The position numbers and the translations under genes were made by a program. A model generated the notes under the pieces. That model had not been told where the DNA came from. It ran no database searches and saw nothing but the letters and a program-made list of their open reading frames with translations. A DNA stretch of 64,000 bases, from NCBI GenBank assembly GCA_963710645.1, contig CAVQBD010000006.1:46550-110549 (forward strand), read 5' to 3'. Below, in pieces: positions 38,599-49,653 of the stretch. The stretch is from an uncultured Holophagae bacterium. Lineage in GTDB: Bacteria; Acidobacteriota; Thermoanaerobaculia; Thermoanaerobaculales; Sulfomarinibacteraceae. The number at the start of each line of letters is the position of its first letter. The first letter of the stretch is position 1.

Positions 38599-38629
38599 AT
38601 TCACTATTCACTATTCGCTGTTCACTTGC
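38599..38629. repeat. (TATTCAC)n heptamer arm, no nearby partner
   Basis: Read directly: attcactattcactattcgctgttcacttgc. Confidence 0.8.
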
Positions 38630-38696
38630 TTCAACTCGCCACCCACCAATCCAAACCGCTTGACGCCGCACGGGCCTCGGGAGACCATGAGACAGA

Positions 38697-39840
38697 ATGA
38701 CTGAGCCGGCATCCGACGTGCGTCAGCGGCCCACGAAGGCGTCGTGGGTTGGGTTACTGATCGGCCTGGTCATCGGCCTGATAGTGGTGCTGGGCATTCT
38801 GGCCGTCTTCGTGGGCGTGATCTTCATCGCGCTGGTGGCCGCCGGGTTGCTTCCACCAACCCTACGTCAGGCTGACCGAATGGTTCCGCGACCGCAGACG
38901 GTTGGCGGCACTGGCCATCTGCGTAGCCCTGGTGTTGGCGCTCATGGTCCCGCTGTCCTTCACCGCGATCGAAGTGTCGCAAGAGGCTCTCGACTTCTAC
39001 GAGATCTCCACGTCGCAGCTCTCCGAGCGGAGTCTGCTCGACGCCATCGACGCGAACCGTGGAGCTCTCGACAGGGTCAACCAACTCTTGGCTCCCTTGG
39101 GCGCCTTCTTGACACCGGAAGACGTGGTGGACCAGATCGCTGCCGCCGGAGCTGGGCTTGGCGGATTTTTCTACAAGCAGGGAGTGTCGCTGGCTACCGG
39201 TCTGGCGCGTTTTGTGATCGGTTTTCTCGTGTGGGTCATCGTGCTGTATTACCTGCTGGTGGACGGGCCGGCGGTGCGGGCCTGGTTCCGGGATACCATT
39301 CCCTTGCCGGCCGACGAGCAGGAGTTGTTGCGCCATCGATTCATGGACATGGCGTCGTCCCTGGTGGTCGGGAACGGCGCGGCAGCCATCATTCAGGGCG
39401 TGGCGGGCGGGCTCGTGTTCGCCATGTTGGACCTGCCGGGGCCCGTGCTGTGGGGCGTCGTGATGGGGGTCCTGGCGTTCATTCCGGTGGTGGGGATCTC
39501 CCTGGTCTTTGTGCCGGTGTGGGCTGTGCTTGTGCTCGCCGGACAGACCGGCAGGGCGTTCGCGCTGCTGATCCCGTTGGCGATTCTGGCGACAGTGGTG
39601 GAGTACTGGCTCAAGCCGGTCCTGGTTGGCCGCCGGGCGCAGCTCCATACGTTGTTGGTCTTTTTCTCGCTGCTTGGGGGTTTCGACGCTTTCGGGCCGG
39701 TCGGCCTGTTGATCGGACCGTTGATGATGACTGCGTTTCTGACCCTGGTGTCCATCTACCGCGAAAACTACCGTCCGTTTCTTGTCCACGCGACCGGCAA
39801 TACGATCCGGGACGGCGGTTCGTCAGCGGACGAGGATTGA
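38697..39840 (+). pseudogene. AI-2E family transporter (PerM/YhhT-like), one frame change near 38860-38900
   Basis: The N-terminal TM (frame of 38697) joins ORF 38902-39840, which has ...FLVWVIVLYYLLVDGP..., ...GVVMGVLAFIPVVG... and ...EYWLKPVLVG..., typical of the family. Confidence 0.8.
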
Positions 39841-40107
39841 GAAACGCGGAAGAACACTGACCAGCACGGACAAACACGGAGAATAGGCTGACTGGCGCGG
39901 GTGGCGTCGAAGCGATTCACCTTCGGGCTGAAGGTCGGGGGTTCGTCGAGGAGGCGGCTCTGGGTTTTCTTTTCGATGGAGTCACACAAGGACTCGTGAC
40001 CCAGCCAGATTTTCCTGTTCTGTGTTAGTCGGCTTTGTTCGGTGTTGTTCCGTGTGGCAGTTTCCGCCACCCCGTCCCCTGACTGTCGGCGGGAAAATCC
40101 TAAAATG

Positions 40108-40582
<475 letters not shown>

Positions 40583-40615
40583 GCTTCAAAACCTCGCGAG
40601 TGGGGTTGGTTGGTC

Positions 40616-40691
40616 TGGAGCGGGCAACGGGATTCGAACCCGCGACTCTCAGCTTGGGAAGCTGATACTCTACCAACTGAGTTATGCCCGC
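40616..40691 (-). tRNA. tRNA-Gly (anticodon CCC), CCA encoded
   Basis: The reverse complement GCGGGCATAACTCAGTTGGTAGAGTATCAGCTTCCCAAGCTGAGAGTCGCGGGTTCGAATCCCGTTGCCCGCTCCA folds as a 76-nt cloverleaf. The anticodon loop is TTCCCAA. Confidence 0.9.
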
Positions 40692-40814
40692 CCGCGCGGA
40701 GAGTCACTCTAGCACAGGATCCAACTATGAAACAATTTGCCGCAGAGGCTGTGCCGTGACGGGCGGAGAATTTCTGGCGCGTTTATTGCATGGTATTGGT
40801 CGATGGAGCCAGGA

Positions 40815-41258
40815 ATGCGTCAAAGAGGATTCACACTTATCGAGCTATTGATCGTGGTGGCAATCATCGGGATCGTGGCGGCCATCGCAATCCCGAATCT
40901 GCTCAGCGCCATCCAACGGGCTCGGCAGAAACGGACCATGTCCGGTATGCGGGGGATCTCGGAAGGAATCGAAATCTACCAGCAGGACCATGGTTCCTAC
41001 CCGGAATACGCTGACGTGCCCGTGTCGGCACTGGCAGGCGATCTCGCGCTCTACGTCAGGCCCTTCGATCCCAAGGATGGCTGGAATCGAACCTATTGGT
41101 ACGCCGCGAGCGGCGATTACTACACCCTGATTTCATACGGCAGCGACGGTCAGGACGATGGTGGTCATTCCCTGGGCGAGACCGGTCACTTCGAGTGCGA
41201 CATCCTGTTTTCTTCTGGCGTCTTTGTCCAGTGGCCGGATGGCGTCCAGCGACAGTGA
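40815..41258 (+). CDS. prepilin-type N-terminal cleavage/methylation protein, GspG-like pseudopilin
   Basis: MRQRGFTLIELLIVVAIIGIVAAIAIPNLL... is a class III signal peptide; C-terminal ...YTLISYGSDGQDDG.... GGAG lies 7 nt before the ATG. Confidence 0.8.
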   Translation: MRQRGFTLIELLIVVAIIGIVAAIAIPNLLSAIQRARQKRTMSGMRGISEGIEIYQQDHGSYPEYADVPVSALAGDLALYVRPFDPKDGWNRTYWYAASGDYYTLISYGSDGQDDGGHSLGETGHFECDILFSSGVFVQWPDGVQRQ

Positions 41259-41422
41259 CGGAATCAACGTCGGTGTGACGTAGAGGGTCACCGCGTTCGC
41301 GGCCAAATGACGCGTTCCGATAGTCGGGCTGCGAATTTCGAGTTGCAGATTGCAGATTTCCCCGCCCACCTGAGAAGGGCGCGCTGATCGGTCGTGACAT
41401 CCTCGACGACGTTGTAGCCAGG

Positions 41423-41533
41423 TCGAATTTTGAATTCTCGATTCTCAATTTTGATTTCCCCCGCGTCCCAGCCAGAGGACGGGGGGCGGGTGGAAATTCA
41501 AAACCCAAAACTCAAAATTCAGAATTCTCGATC
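41423..41533. repeat. ORF-less hairpin element (AT-rich heptamer arms plus C/G clamp)
   Basis: Read directly: tcgaattttgaattctcgattctcaattttgatttccccc - about 19 nt - gggggcgggtggaaattcaaaacccaaaactcaaaattcagaattctcgatc. It is flanked by gcgaatttcgagttgcagattgcagatttcccc (41331-41363) and CAACGTT-like repeats (41545-41570). Confidence 0.8.
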
Positions 41534-41629
41534 CAGCGTTCGACTTTTAACGTTCAACGTGTAACGTTGAGCGTCCAACCCTTATCCAAAACGCCATGGA
41601 ACCGCAGGTGCGGGTACACTGCCCGCGTC

Positions 41630-42817
41630 ATGGAGACAGTCGAGTATTTTTCGAAGAACCTCGTGGCTTTTCTGCGCGAATTGCGGGTGCTGGTTGAAAT
41701 GGACTCGCCGACAGGTGATTGTTTGCGCGCCGAGAAAGTGGCCGCTTTGCTGAGCAAGGGTTTTTCCGAGGTGGCGTCGGTGGACCTGGAGTCGGCCGGC
41801 GAATTCGGACCGCTTCTCAGGATCCGCCGACCTGGGGCGGGTTCGAGGGTGCTCCTGTTGGCTCACTACGATACGGTCTGGCCGGTTGGTGCGTGGCAGG
41901 AACCCTGGGCCGAGAGCGATGGCAGGATCTACGGCCCGGGAGTCTATGACATGAAGGCGGGTCTGCTCTTCATTCTCTGGTTCCTGAGGTGGGTCTGCGA
42001 GGGCGGTCGCGCAGTTCCCGAACTCGAGATTCTGCTCAACCCCGACGAAGAGGTAGGTTCTCTTGCATCGCGGGGCCGCATCGAGGCCGCTGCGGCGACC
42101 GCCGATTTTGCGCTGGTGCTCGAGCCGGCCAGCCCACGTGGCCACCTCAAACTTGAACGCAAGGGTTCCGGGGAATATGTGATCAAGGTGAAGGGCCGAG
42201 CCGCCCATCAAGGGGTCGAGCCGGAAGCGGGGGTCAATGCGAACGTCGAGGCGGCTCATCAGATCCTCGCCATGCTCGAGCTTGAGAATCTGTCGCTGGG
42301 GTCGACGGTCGGTCCGAACGTCATTCAGGGCGGAACCGTCAGTAACACGGTGGCACCTGCCGCTGAAATAAGAGTGGATGTGCGTGCCTGGACCCGCGAC
42401 GAACAGCAACGACTCGATCGCGGGCTGAGGAAGCTCACCGCCAAACTCGACGGTGCCGAGGTGGCCCTCGGTGGGGGATGGAACCGCCCTCCAATGGAAT
42501 CGTCACCTGCCTCGTTGCAGCTCTTCCAAAGGGCGCGGTCCATTGGGAAGGGCCTCGGGCTCGACCTCGAGTGGGTGGCTTGGGGGGGGGCGTCCGATGC
42601 CAATCTCGCGGCGGCGGCGGGGGTGCCGACGATGGATGGCCTCGGACCGGTGGGCGACGACGCCCACGAGTTCACCGAGAACATTGTGGTGGACCTGTTG
42701 CCGGCTCGGATGGCTCTCTTCTCAGAGCTTGTGGCCTCGCTGGCCGTCCCACCCGGAGATTGGTTGAGTTCCGATGCACTCCGCAGCCTCAGCCACCCAA
42801 CGCAAGGAAACGACTGA
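41630..42817 (+). CDS. M20-family metallopeptidase (carboxypeptidase G2-like)
   Basis: ...LVEMDSPTGD..., ...VLLLAHYDTVWP..., ...GPGVYDMKAGL..., ...NPDEEVGS... are metal-ligand motifs of M20/M25/M40 enzymes. Confidence 0.85.
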   Translation: METVEYFSKNLVAFLRELRVLVEMDSPTGDCLRAEKVAALLSKGFSEVASVDLESAGEFGPLLRIRRPGAGSRVLLLAHYDTVWPVGAWQEPWAESDGRIYGPGVYDMKAGLLFILWFLRWVCEGGRAVPELEILLNPDEEVGSLASRGRIEAAAATADFALVLEPASPRGHLKLERKGSGEYVIKVKGRAAHQGVEPEAGVNANVEAAHQILAMLELENLSLGSTVGPNVIQGGTVSNTVAPAAEIRVDVRAWTRDEQQRLDRGLRKLTAKLDGAEVALGGGWNRPPMESSPASLQLFQRARSIGKGLGLDLEWVAWGGASDANLAAAAGVPTMDGLGPVGDDAHEFTENIVVDLLPARMALFSELVASLAVPPGDWLSSDALRSLSHPTQGND

Positions 42818-42848
42818 GTCGCGTTTCGCGCGAGCTGGGCTGGTCAAA

Positions 42849-42988
42849 CCTTCGACCCTCGACCTTCGACCTTCGACTTTCGACCTTCGACTTGCGACCT
42901 TCGACTTGCGACATTGACCCATCCTGATGGCCGGGCGGGTGGTCGGTGTCCTTCCCGTCTCGAATTTCGCATTTCGCATTTCGAATTG
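42849..42988. repeat. tandem heptamers (TTCGACC / TTGCGACC)n followed by (ATTTCGC/ATTTCGA)n
   Basis: ccttcgaccctcgaccttcgaccttcgactttcgaccttcgacttgcgaccttcgacttgcgac (42849-42912) and tctcgaatttcgcatttcgcatttcgaattggg (42958-42990), between convergent genes. Confidence 0.85.
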
Positions 42989-43007
42989 GGAGGCCGGGTA
43001 GGTGGTA

Positions 43008-44699
43008 TTACTCGTCGTCGGGCCACGCCGGGATCCGGACCGTGAACACCGATCCTCTGCCGTCCTCGCTGTGCACCGAGATCCTGCCGCCCATGGCGTC
43101 CGCGAGTTTGCGGCACACGGCGAGCCCGAGACCTGAGCCGTCCTTCTGCCGGTCGTGGCGGATTTGGACGAACACGTCGAAGACCTCGTCGATATGATCC
43201 GCCGAAATCCCGATGCCGGTGTCCGTCACCGTGATCTGAACCGAGTCGTTTTCGCGTTCTGCCGTGACAACCACCGAGCCGCCCGCCGGGGTGTTCTTGA
43301 TGCTGTTGTCGATCAGGTTGCGCACGATCTGCTGAAGCCGTCCCTCGTCGGCACGGGCGGCAACCGGGGCCGTGCTCTCGAGACGGAGCTCAACTTCGGC
43401 TCGATCGGCGAGCGACCGCATTTCCTCGATGACCGTGGCCAGGGCCTGCGTGGTCTCCACGCGTTCGATCTGCAGCCGGACGCGGCCGGTTTCCAGTGCC
43501 GCGAGGTCCACCATGTCGAGGACCAGACGTCTGAGCCTGAGCACGCTCTCGTGGCAGATCACGATGAACGAAATTTGTTCGTCCGACAACCCTGACGCCA
43601 GTTCGTTGAGCAGGGTTTCGAGGTAGACCTGTAGGACCGTCAATGGGGTCTTGAGCTCGTGGGCCGAGGACGAGAAGAACAGGGTTCTCCGGGCCGCCAG
43701 GTCTTCGACCCGATGTTGCATCTCGGTCAGCCGACCCTCCAATTGGTCAATGGTGGCAAGCAGGGTTGCATGATCGGTCCCCTCGAATTCGGGTGCGGCA
43801 GGCTCGAACACCACCTCTCCTTGCAGACCAGAAGGCGGCGAAACCACCGAGTTGACAGACACGAGGGCGTGGGGTGGAAGGTGTTGGTCCAATGAGGCTG
43901 TCACGCGAACGGAGCCCTTCCTGCCGTCCCCGAAGGCGATCTTTGGCCGTGCGCGCACCTCGGTGCTGCCGGTCAGAACCTCGGCCAGCCATCCATTCGA
44001 CCGATCCCCAGGGTCTTCGAGCACTTCACATACCGGTTTGCCTGATCCGGCTTCGATGGCCTCGACGAGCGCTGGGTCCCGACCGCCGTGGACCGCCCCG
44101 ATCCGGCCGTCGGGAAGCACTTCGAACAGGACGTCCGACAGCTTGGCACCGAGCCGGCGCCACCCGTTTTCGAGTCGATCCCGGGTGTGTTGTTCGCAGA
44201 CGGTGCGTTCCACGACCCGGGCGGCGTCTTCGAGAAGGTGAAGATCTCCGGGGCCGAAAGCCCTGGAGTTGGAGGTCATGCGGAGGACCGCGAAGACCTC
44301 CCGAAGACGGAGGGGTGCGGCAACGATACTGACGATGCCCGAAGAGTCCACGAGCATCCGCACCGAGCGGAGCAGCTCGGAGGAGCGCACGTCCCGAATC
44401 AGGACCGGAGCACCGGACCGGACAACCTGGTCGAGTTCCGGGTATCGATCCAGCGCAATGACCGTGTCGCCGATGCTCTCCGGGTCGGTGCTCGCGAAGA
44501 TCCGCAACCCGTCCGGACCCAGCGGGGTGAGCAGCGAACAGCGGTCCGCTCCCAGGCTGCGCCCAAGGTCCGCGACCACCAGACAAAGCTCTCGCGAAGG
44601 GTCGTCACTGGCCATGGCCTGGATGACGCCGCGCTCGAGCCTTGCGCGCACGGGGTCCGACAGGGTCTGCGGAGCCGGTGCTGTTGGGCGTGTTACCAT
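43008..44699 (-). CDS. GAF/PAS-containing sensor histidine kinase
   Basis: HisKA H-box FFSSSAHELKTPLTVL. HATPase N, G1 and G2 boxes (...NLIDNSIKNT..., ...VTDTGIGI..., ...GSGLGLAV...). Start uncertain (Met at 44699, 44774 or 44876). Confidence 0.85.
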   Translation of the reverse strand: MVTRPTAPAPQTLSDPVRARLERGVIQAMASDDPSRELCLVVADLGRSLGADRCSLLTPLGPDGLRIFASTDPESIGDTVIALDRYPELDQVVRSGAPVLIRDVRSSELLRSVRMLVDSSGIVSIVAAPLRLREVFAVLRMTSNSRAFGPGDLHLLEDAARVVERTVCEQHTRDRLENGWRRLGAKLSDVLFEVLPDGRIGAVHGGRDPALVEAIEAGSGKPVCEVLEDPGDRSNGWLAEVLTGSTEVRARPKIAFGDGRKGSVRVTASLDQHLPPHALVSVNSVVSPPSGLQGEVVFEPAAPEFEGTDHATLLATIDQLEGRLTEMQHRVEDLAARRTLFFSSSAHELKTPLTVLQVYLETLLNELASGLSDEQISFIVICHESVLRLRRLVLDMVDLAALETGRVRLQIERVETTQALATVIEEMRSLADRAEVELRLESTAPVAARADEGRLQQIVRNLIDNSIKNTPAGGSVVVTAERENDSVQITVTDTGIGISADHIDEVFDVFVQIRHDRQKDGSGLGLAVCRKLADAMGGRISVHSEDGRGSVFTVRIPAWPDDE

Positions 44700-44868
44700 C
44701 TCGTCGCGCCTCGTCGTGTTTCGAGTATACGGCGGCACGGAGCGGATTTTGGCGCTGCTTCTTCGCGGCGTCATGGTGTCGAAGCCTCGATGCTGCGCAT
44801 GCGATTGACGACGGCGGGTGATGGAGGATAGGACGACTACGGCGAGACGCAGCCCTGCCCACCACTTC

Positions 44869-46641
44869 ATGCTCACCCGCGAGCTGCGCTTCGGGCTGAT
44901 CCTGGTGTTGGGGTTGGTGGTTTGCGCCGTGGGTCTGCCAGCAGCGGGCGAAGGCGGGGCTCCGTCCCGGATCGAGATCGATTTCGAGCCGAATGGCGAT
45001 CTTCAATGGGACCGCGGCCAAAGACCGGTGCTTCTGGTGGCTCCGCGTCGCGGAGACGGGTGGATCTCCCTGGCCCAGTATTTCTGTGGCAGCTCCGGAG
45101 CAGCGGCCGGTATCCGGGCCGCAAACCCCAAACTCTCACAACCCATGCGAGATCGGCGTGTCCGGGTGCCGGTGGAGATTCTGAAGGACGATCTTCGACT
45201 TGAGGCCGTGCGGCGGCTGTTCCCGGTGGACCGACGGATCACCGACGGTTGGGAACACTGGGTGCTTGACCCTTTCGACCAGGGCGAGGAAAGTTGGGAG
45301 TGGCTCGCCGAACTGTTCACCGGCAGTGCGACCAACGCCCGGGTCCTCAGGGAAGCGAACCCCGGATTGCCGGAAGAGGATCTCGAGCGGGGCCGGCCCT
45401 TGGTGATTCCGACCGCGTTGTTGGCCCCGGCGTTTCGGGATGTTCCGGCTCCGGCTCCAACTCCGACACCGTCGATTGCGGGTTGGCGGGAACAGGTTCC
45501 GGCAACCGACGGAGTGCCTCTCAGTTACGGTGAGGATGAGCTCGGACCCTTCGCCCAGTACCGTCTCCAAAGGGGCGAGGCCCTGTATTCCGCCGTGGTG
45601 GTGCGATTCACCGGCCAGCTCATCGCCAAGGAGGTCAACGCCACCGCGTTGGAGATCGCCGAGCGCTCTGGGATCGATGACGTGACATCCATACCGGTTG
45701 GCTATCCGGTTCGGATCCCTCTCGACCTGCTGGTTCCAAAATACCTGCCACCAGATCATCCCCGCCGGCAGGCCTGGGAGGCGGAACGGCGAGAACTGGC
45801 GGGTTTTCTGGAGGTGATTCAGGCGACCGATCTGTCCGGGGTCCAGGTCGTGATCGACGCCGGCCACGGAGGCGTTGACAGCGGAGCCTCCGTGGCCGGG
45901 CTCTGGGAGGCGACCTATGTCTTCGACATCGCCTGCAGGATCCGACGCAACCTCGAGGAACACACCCAAGCCACAGTGTGGATGACCCGCACGGACGGCG
46001 GCCTCGGATTCCGGGTTCCCGACCAAGACAAGCTGACGCAAGACCGCGACCAGTACCTGCTGACCCACCCGCAGTACCACCTTCAGGACGCGGTCCTCGG
46101 GGTCCACCTCCGTTGGTACCTCACCAACGACATCATCCTGAACCGGATCGGAAAGAAGGTCCCACGTTCCAAGACCGTCTTTCTGTCGGTCCATGCCGAC
46201 TCTCTTCACCCGAGCGTTCGTGGAGCCATGATCTACGTGCCGTCCAGGGTCTTGAGGCCCAACAGCTACACCGTGCGACGTCAGGACATCAAGGCTTACT
46301 CGGAATACAGGGCGCATCCGACGGTGCGACTGGGCCCGGACTTCAAGGCAAAAGTCGAGGCGTCTTCGCGCCACATGGCGGGCGAGATCGTGGCCAGCCT
46401 CGAACGCAACGGGATCGCGGTGCACGATGATGATCCGGTGCGCGGGCAGATCTTGAGGGGACGACGGAGTTGGGTCCCCGCTGTCCTCCGTTACACGGCG
46501 GCACAGAACGCCTTGCTGCTCGAGACCTGCAATCTCGCCAACCCGGACGATCGGAAACTGCTGGTGAATCAGAGGTGGCGGGAGGAGTTCGCGCGCGCGG
46601 TTGTGGAGGGTATGGCTGAGGCCTTCAACTCCCAGAAGTAG
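44869..46641 (+). CDS. N-acetylmuramoyl-L-alanine amidase (Amidase_3) with N-terminal signal peptide and LysM-like region
   Basis: ...VVIDAGHGGVDSGA..., ...VFLSVHADS..., ...LLETCNLANPDD... are Amidase_3 zinc-site motifs. Hydrophobic N-terminus MLTRELRFGLILVLGLVVCAV. Confidence 0.85.
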   Translation: MLTRELRFGLILVLGLVVCAVGLPAAGEGGAPSRIEIDFEPNGDLQWDRGQRPVLLVAPRRGDGWISLAQYFCGSSGAAAGIRAANPKLSQPMRDRRVRVPVEILKDDLRLEAVRRLFPVDRRITDGWEHWVLDPFDQGEESWEWLAELFTGSATNARVLREANPGLPEEDLERGRPLVIPTALLAPAFRDVPAPAPTPTPSIAGWREQVPATDGVPLSYGEDELGPFAQYRLQRGEALYSAVVVRFTGQLIAKEVNATALEIAERSGIDDVTSIPVGYPVRIPLDLLVPKYLPPDHPRRQAWEAERRELAGFLEVIQATDLSGVQVVIDAGHGGVDSGASVAGLWEATYVFDIACRIRRNLEEHTQATVWMTRTDGGLGFRVPDQDKLTQDRDQYLLTHPQYHLQDAVLGVHLRWYLTNDIILNRIGKKVPRSKTVFLSVHADSLHPSVRGAMIYVPSRVLRPNSYTVRRQDIKAYSEYRAHPTVRLGPDFKAKVEASSRHMAGEIVASLERNGIAVHDDDPVRGQILRGRRSWVPAVLRYTAAQNALLLETCNLANPDDRKLLVNQRWREEFARAVVEGMAEAFNSQK

Positions 46642-46887
46642 CCCGGCCGAGAAGTTTGTCGTTCCTCGGCAACCGGACCGGGGTTGGTCGCAGGTCGAAT
46701 GTCAGGTTTTGAGGGCTGACTGTCAGGCCCATCGGGGAGGCCCACTCTCCACACCCTCTGCACTGTCCACGTTTTCCGGATTTTCCCCTAGATTTCCGCG
46801 GTCAGAGAGGTCGGGGTATTGAACTCCGGGATGACGAGCCCCACATTGGAGGGAGGGACACCGCATCACTGAGCCGTGGGAGGAACC

Positions 46888-47181
46888 GTGAGAGCGTATC
46901 TGGTCTTCACCGAAAGCGGGCCGATCTTGCTGCTCACCAGCTGCTCCGCGATCACCGAGGACACACTGCTGGGGGCGCTCGAGGACCGCGGGATTCGGAA
47001 GTTTATTGCGTATGAGGTCCCTGTGGACTCGGTCCACCGCCTCTACGGTGTGCCCTTCGAAGTCGTGGCGTCGGATCTTGAGCGCGGTCAGCGGATGAGG
47101 GTGCTGGATTTCAACGGTCCGCACATCCTCGACACGTTTTCGCTCTCCGACCTCGGCAGGCCGATCACCTACGAGCACTGA
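46888..47181 (+). CDS. conserved small hypothetical protein (97 aa), paralogue 1
   Basis: GTG start 4 nt after GGGAGG. Compact alpha/beta-looking protein: (M)RAYLVFTESGPILLLTS...KFIAYEVPVDSVHRLYGVPFEVVASDLE...RVLDFNGPHI.... Confidence 0.6.
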   Translation: MRAYLVFTESGPILLLTSCSAITEDTLLGALEDRGIRKFIAYEVPVDSVHRLYGVPFEVVASDLERGQRMRVLDFNGPHILDTFSLSDLGRPITYEH

Positions 47182-47273
47182 GGATCGCAACTCGAGGTCA
47201 CACCGCGCGGGACAGTCGAGGGGCGCCGGGGTACAATCGGGTAATTCCACCACACCGAGACAAGGGGGTGCGG

Positions 47274-47567
47274 ATGAGAGCGTACATCATATTTTCGGGG
47301 ACCGGCCCCATCCTTATCTTGACCACATACCCGGAGCTCGCCGACGAGCGGTTGGTGGACAAGCTCGGTCACAAGGGCATCGTGAAGTTCATCGCCTACG
47401 AGGTTCCGGTGGACGTGGTTCGCCGGATCTATGGGGTGCCTTTCGACGTCATCGCCGCGGATCTGGAACACGCCGAGGATGTGCGCGTCCTCGATTTCAA
47501 CGGCCACCACATCTTTTCGAGCTTCTCCTTTTCCCACCTCGGCGAGCCGATCAAGATCGGGGATTGA
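47274..47567 (+). CDS. conserved small hypothetical protein (97 aa), paralogue 2
   Basis: ATG 5 nt after AAGGGGG. It has 53 of 97 positions identical to 46888-47181 in my manual gap-free alignment. Confidence 0.6.
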   Translation: MRAYIIFSGTGPILILTTYPELADERLVDKLGHKGIVKFIAYEVPVDVVRRIYGVPFDVIAADLEHAEDVRVLDFNGHHIFSSFSFSHLGEPIKIGD

Positions 47568-47622
47568 GCCCTCCGCCCGCCCGCCCAGGGGCTAGGGGCT
47601 GGAACCCGCCTTCCCAGGGACC

Positions 47623-47812
47623 GGATGCTCGATGCTGGATGCTCGATGCTGGATCCCCCACCCATCCGACCGGCGCAAGGAACAAGGAACAGGGAGCAAG
47701 GAACACCCCCCGCCCGGTGTAGAAAGTGTAGAGGTTGCGGAGGCAGGGGACTGCACCATTCGAAATTCGAAATTCGACATTCGAATCCCAAATCCCGAGT
47801 CCCGAATCCCGC
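47623..47812. repeat. composite tandem-heptamer region
   Basis: Components: (GGATGCT/CGATGCT)n 47623-47655; CCCCCACCC; (AAGGAAC)n 47678-47705; CCCCCCGCCC; (ATTCGAA)n 47758-47786 running into (TCCCGAG/TCCCAAA)n to 47812. Confidence 0.85.
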
Positions 47813-47863
47813 GTTGACCCGTGTTTCGGAAAGGAAAAGAGAAAACCCGAAACCCGGAACTGA

Positions 47864-49418
47864 CTAGGGAACCTCCCTCGGCCAACGAAAGGTGTCGCCG
47901 GTCTCGAAGTCGTCGATGAACGTGACCTGTTGGCCGTAGAAGGCAAACACCGCACCTTCGTTGTTCTGCCCCCCGTCGTAGAAGAAGCTTCCGATGGCCA
48001 AATCGTCGAAACCGTCGTCGTTGACGTCACCGGCGGCGGTGAGTGTGCGCGAAAACACGGCGCCGTCCTGCTCACCCTCGATCATGACGTTCGAGTAATA
48101 GGGCGTGCCCCACCGGGGCAGACCGGTGGTGTTGCCGTACCAGATGGTCGCAAGCCCGACGTTGTCCGGCCCGCCCACTTGGTCCCAGTTCTGGGCGCCG
48201 ATCACGATGTCGTCCAGACCGTCGCCGTTGAAGTCGCCGGCCTGCGCCAGGTGTCCTCCGACACAGTCAGCCTCGTAGAGTCCGGTGGCCACCCAGTCGG
48301 CGTTGTCGGGCGTTCCGTCGCTCCCCAAACCGTCCGCGGAACCATAGAACAACAGGACGATTCCGTCGGCGTTGTACACGCTGTCGTAGCTCCATGTGCC
48401 GACGATGAGGTCGTCATAGCCGTCGCCGTTGACATCGCCGGCGGCGACCCATGTCGGCCGCTTCGCCGGGTCCAGTCAGAAGGGCCTCGGCCTGATCGGA
48501 TTCGGCCCTCCAGTCGGCTGATGAGCTGGACGTGTCGGGGCCGAGACCCGCCGCCGAACCGTACCACAGGAATGCAACGCCTTCGTTGGTCTGGCCCATG
48601 TCGTAGTAGGGCGCGCCGACCATGACCTCGTCATAGCCGTCACCGTTGACGTCGCCCGCCGTTCCCACATGGATTCCGAAGTAGGCATTGGGCTGGTCCG
48701 AAGTGACGACCCAGTCGGCGTTCAGCGGTGTGCCTATGGGTCGTGATCCGTCGGGGTCGAGACCATTGGTCGATCCATGGAAGACCATGGCGGCCTCGAA
48801 GGCGAAGTTCGTGTAGTCGAATCCACCGACGATGATGTCATCGTACCCATCACCGTTGACGTCGCCGGCGGGGCCCATCCCCCAACCGAGGTGAGCCCAC
48901 TGAACACCCGCATGGCACCACCAGTCGTAGGTCGGATCGAGTGCACCATCGGCCCCGTAGTAAACAAAGACGGCGCCCTCGTCGTAAAAGAGAGGCGAGG
49001 GTTGATCCCAGTTCATCATCCCCACCATCACATCGTCATAGCCGTCGCCGTTGACGTCACCCGCGCCGGCCACTTGAAAGCCGAAGAAACCGTGTAGCTG
49101 CACATCGGGCGGATTCAGGGTCACATCCGGCGTGGCACCATAGCCGTTCTGGCCTCCGTAGAAGACCCACGCGACTCCCGCGTTCTCGGCGCCGTTGTCG
49201 AAGAGGCGGCCGCCGACGATCAGATCGTCATATCCGTCGCCGTTGACGTCGCCCGCTGCGGCAATGGAGTCCGCCGCCTGCGCGTCCGCCTGATTGCTTT
49301 CAAAGATCCAGAAGGCATCTGATGCGGACATTTCGTATCCCGCTGCGCCGGCCACGCCGGTCATGGCGACGACGGTAGCGCAGAAGATCCACACTAGAAG
49401 AAACAACCTGCTGTTCAT
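47864..49418 (-). pseudogene. secreted FG-GAP/VCBS-repeat protein, one frame change near 48440
   Basis: Signal peptide MNSRLFLLVWIFCATVVAMTGVAGA, then repeated ...AGDVNGDGYDD[LIV]IVG... calcium-binding FG-GAP units. The reading frame breaks in ...cgccgccggcg... and resumes as ...GDVNGDGYDDLIVGTWSYDSVYNADG.... Confidence 0.8.
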
Positions 49419-49653
49419 GGGCCCGTCTCCCTTCCGTCCTGAAGGCGTCTTTACGGCTCCGTCGATAGACTCAGCCCGAGCCCTGGAGCCACTGTCGCGA
49501 CTTTCCAATTTCGATAGATGAGCAAATGCTCATAGGCCTTTTCTCAATTTCGTCACCGTGTGATCGACATCTTACAGGATGTGAGCGTCAGGTCAATAGG
49601 CACCAACGGACACCGGTGTCAGCGTGGAGAGTCGGACGAGCGGTTGTGGCTTG

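Noticed and set aside
38824-39789. 321-aa minus-strand ORF
   Set aside because: It is antisense to the AI-2E transporter gene. It is rich in His/Arg/Gln/Asp with no hydrophobic structure or motif.
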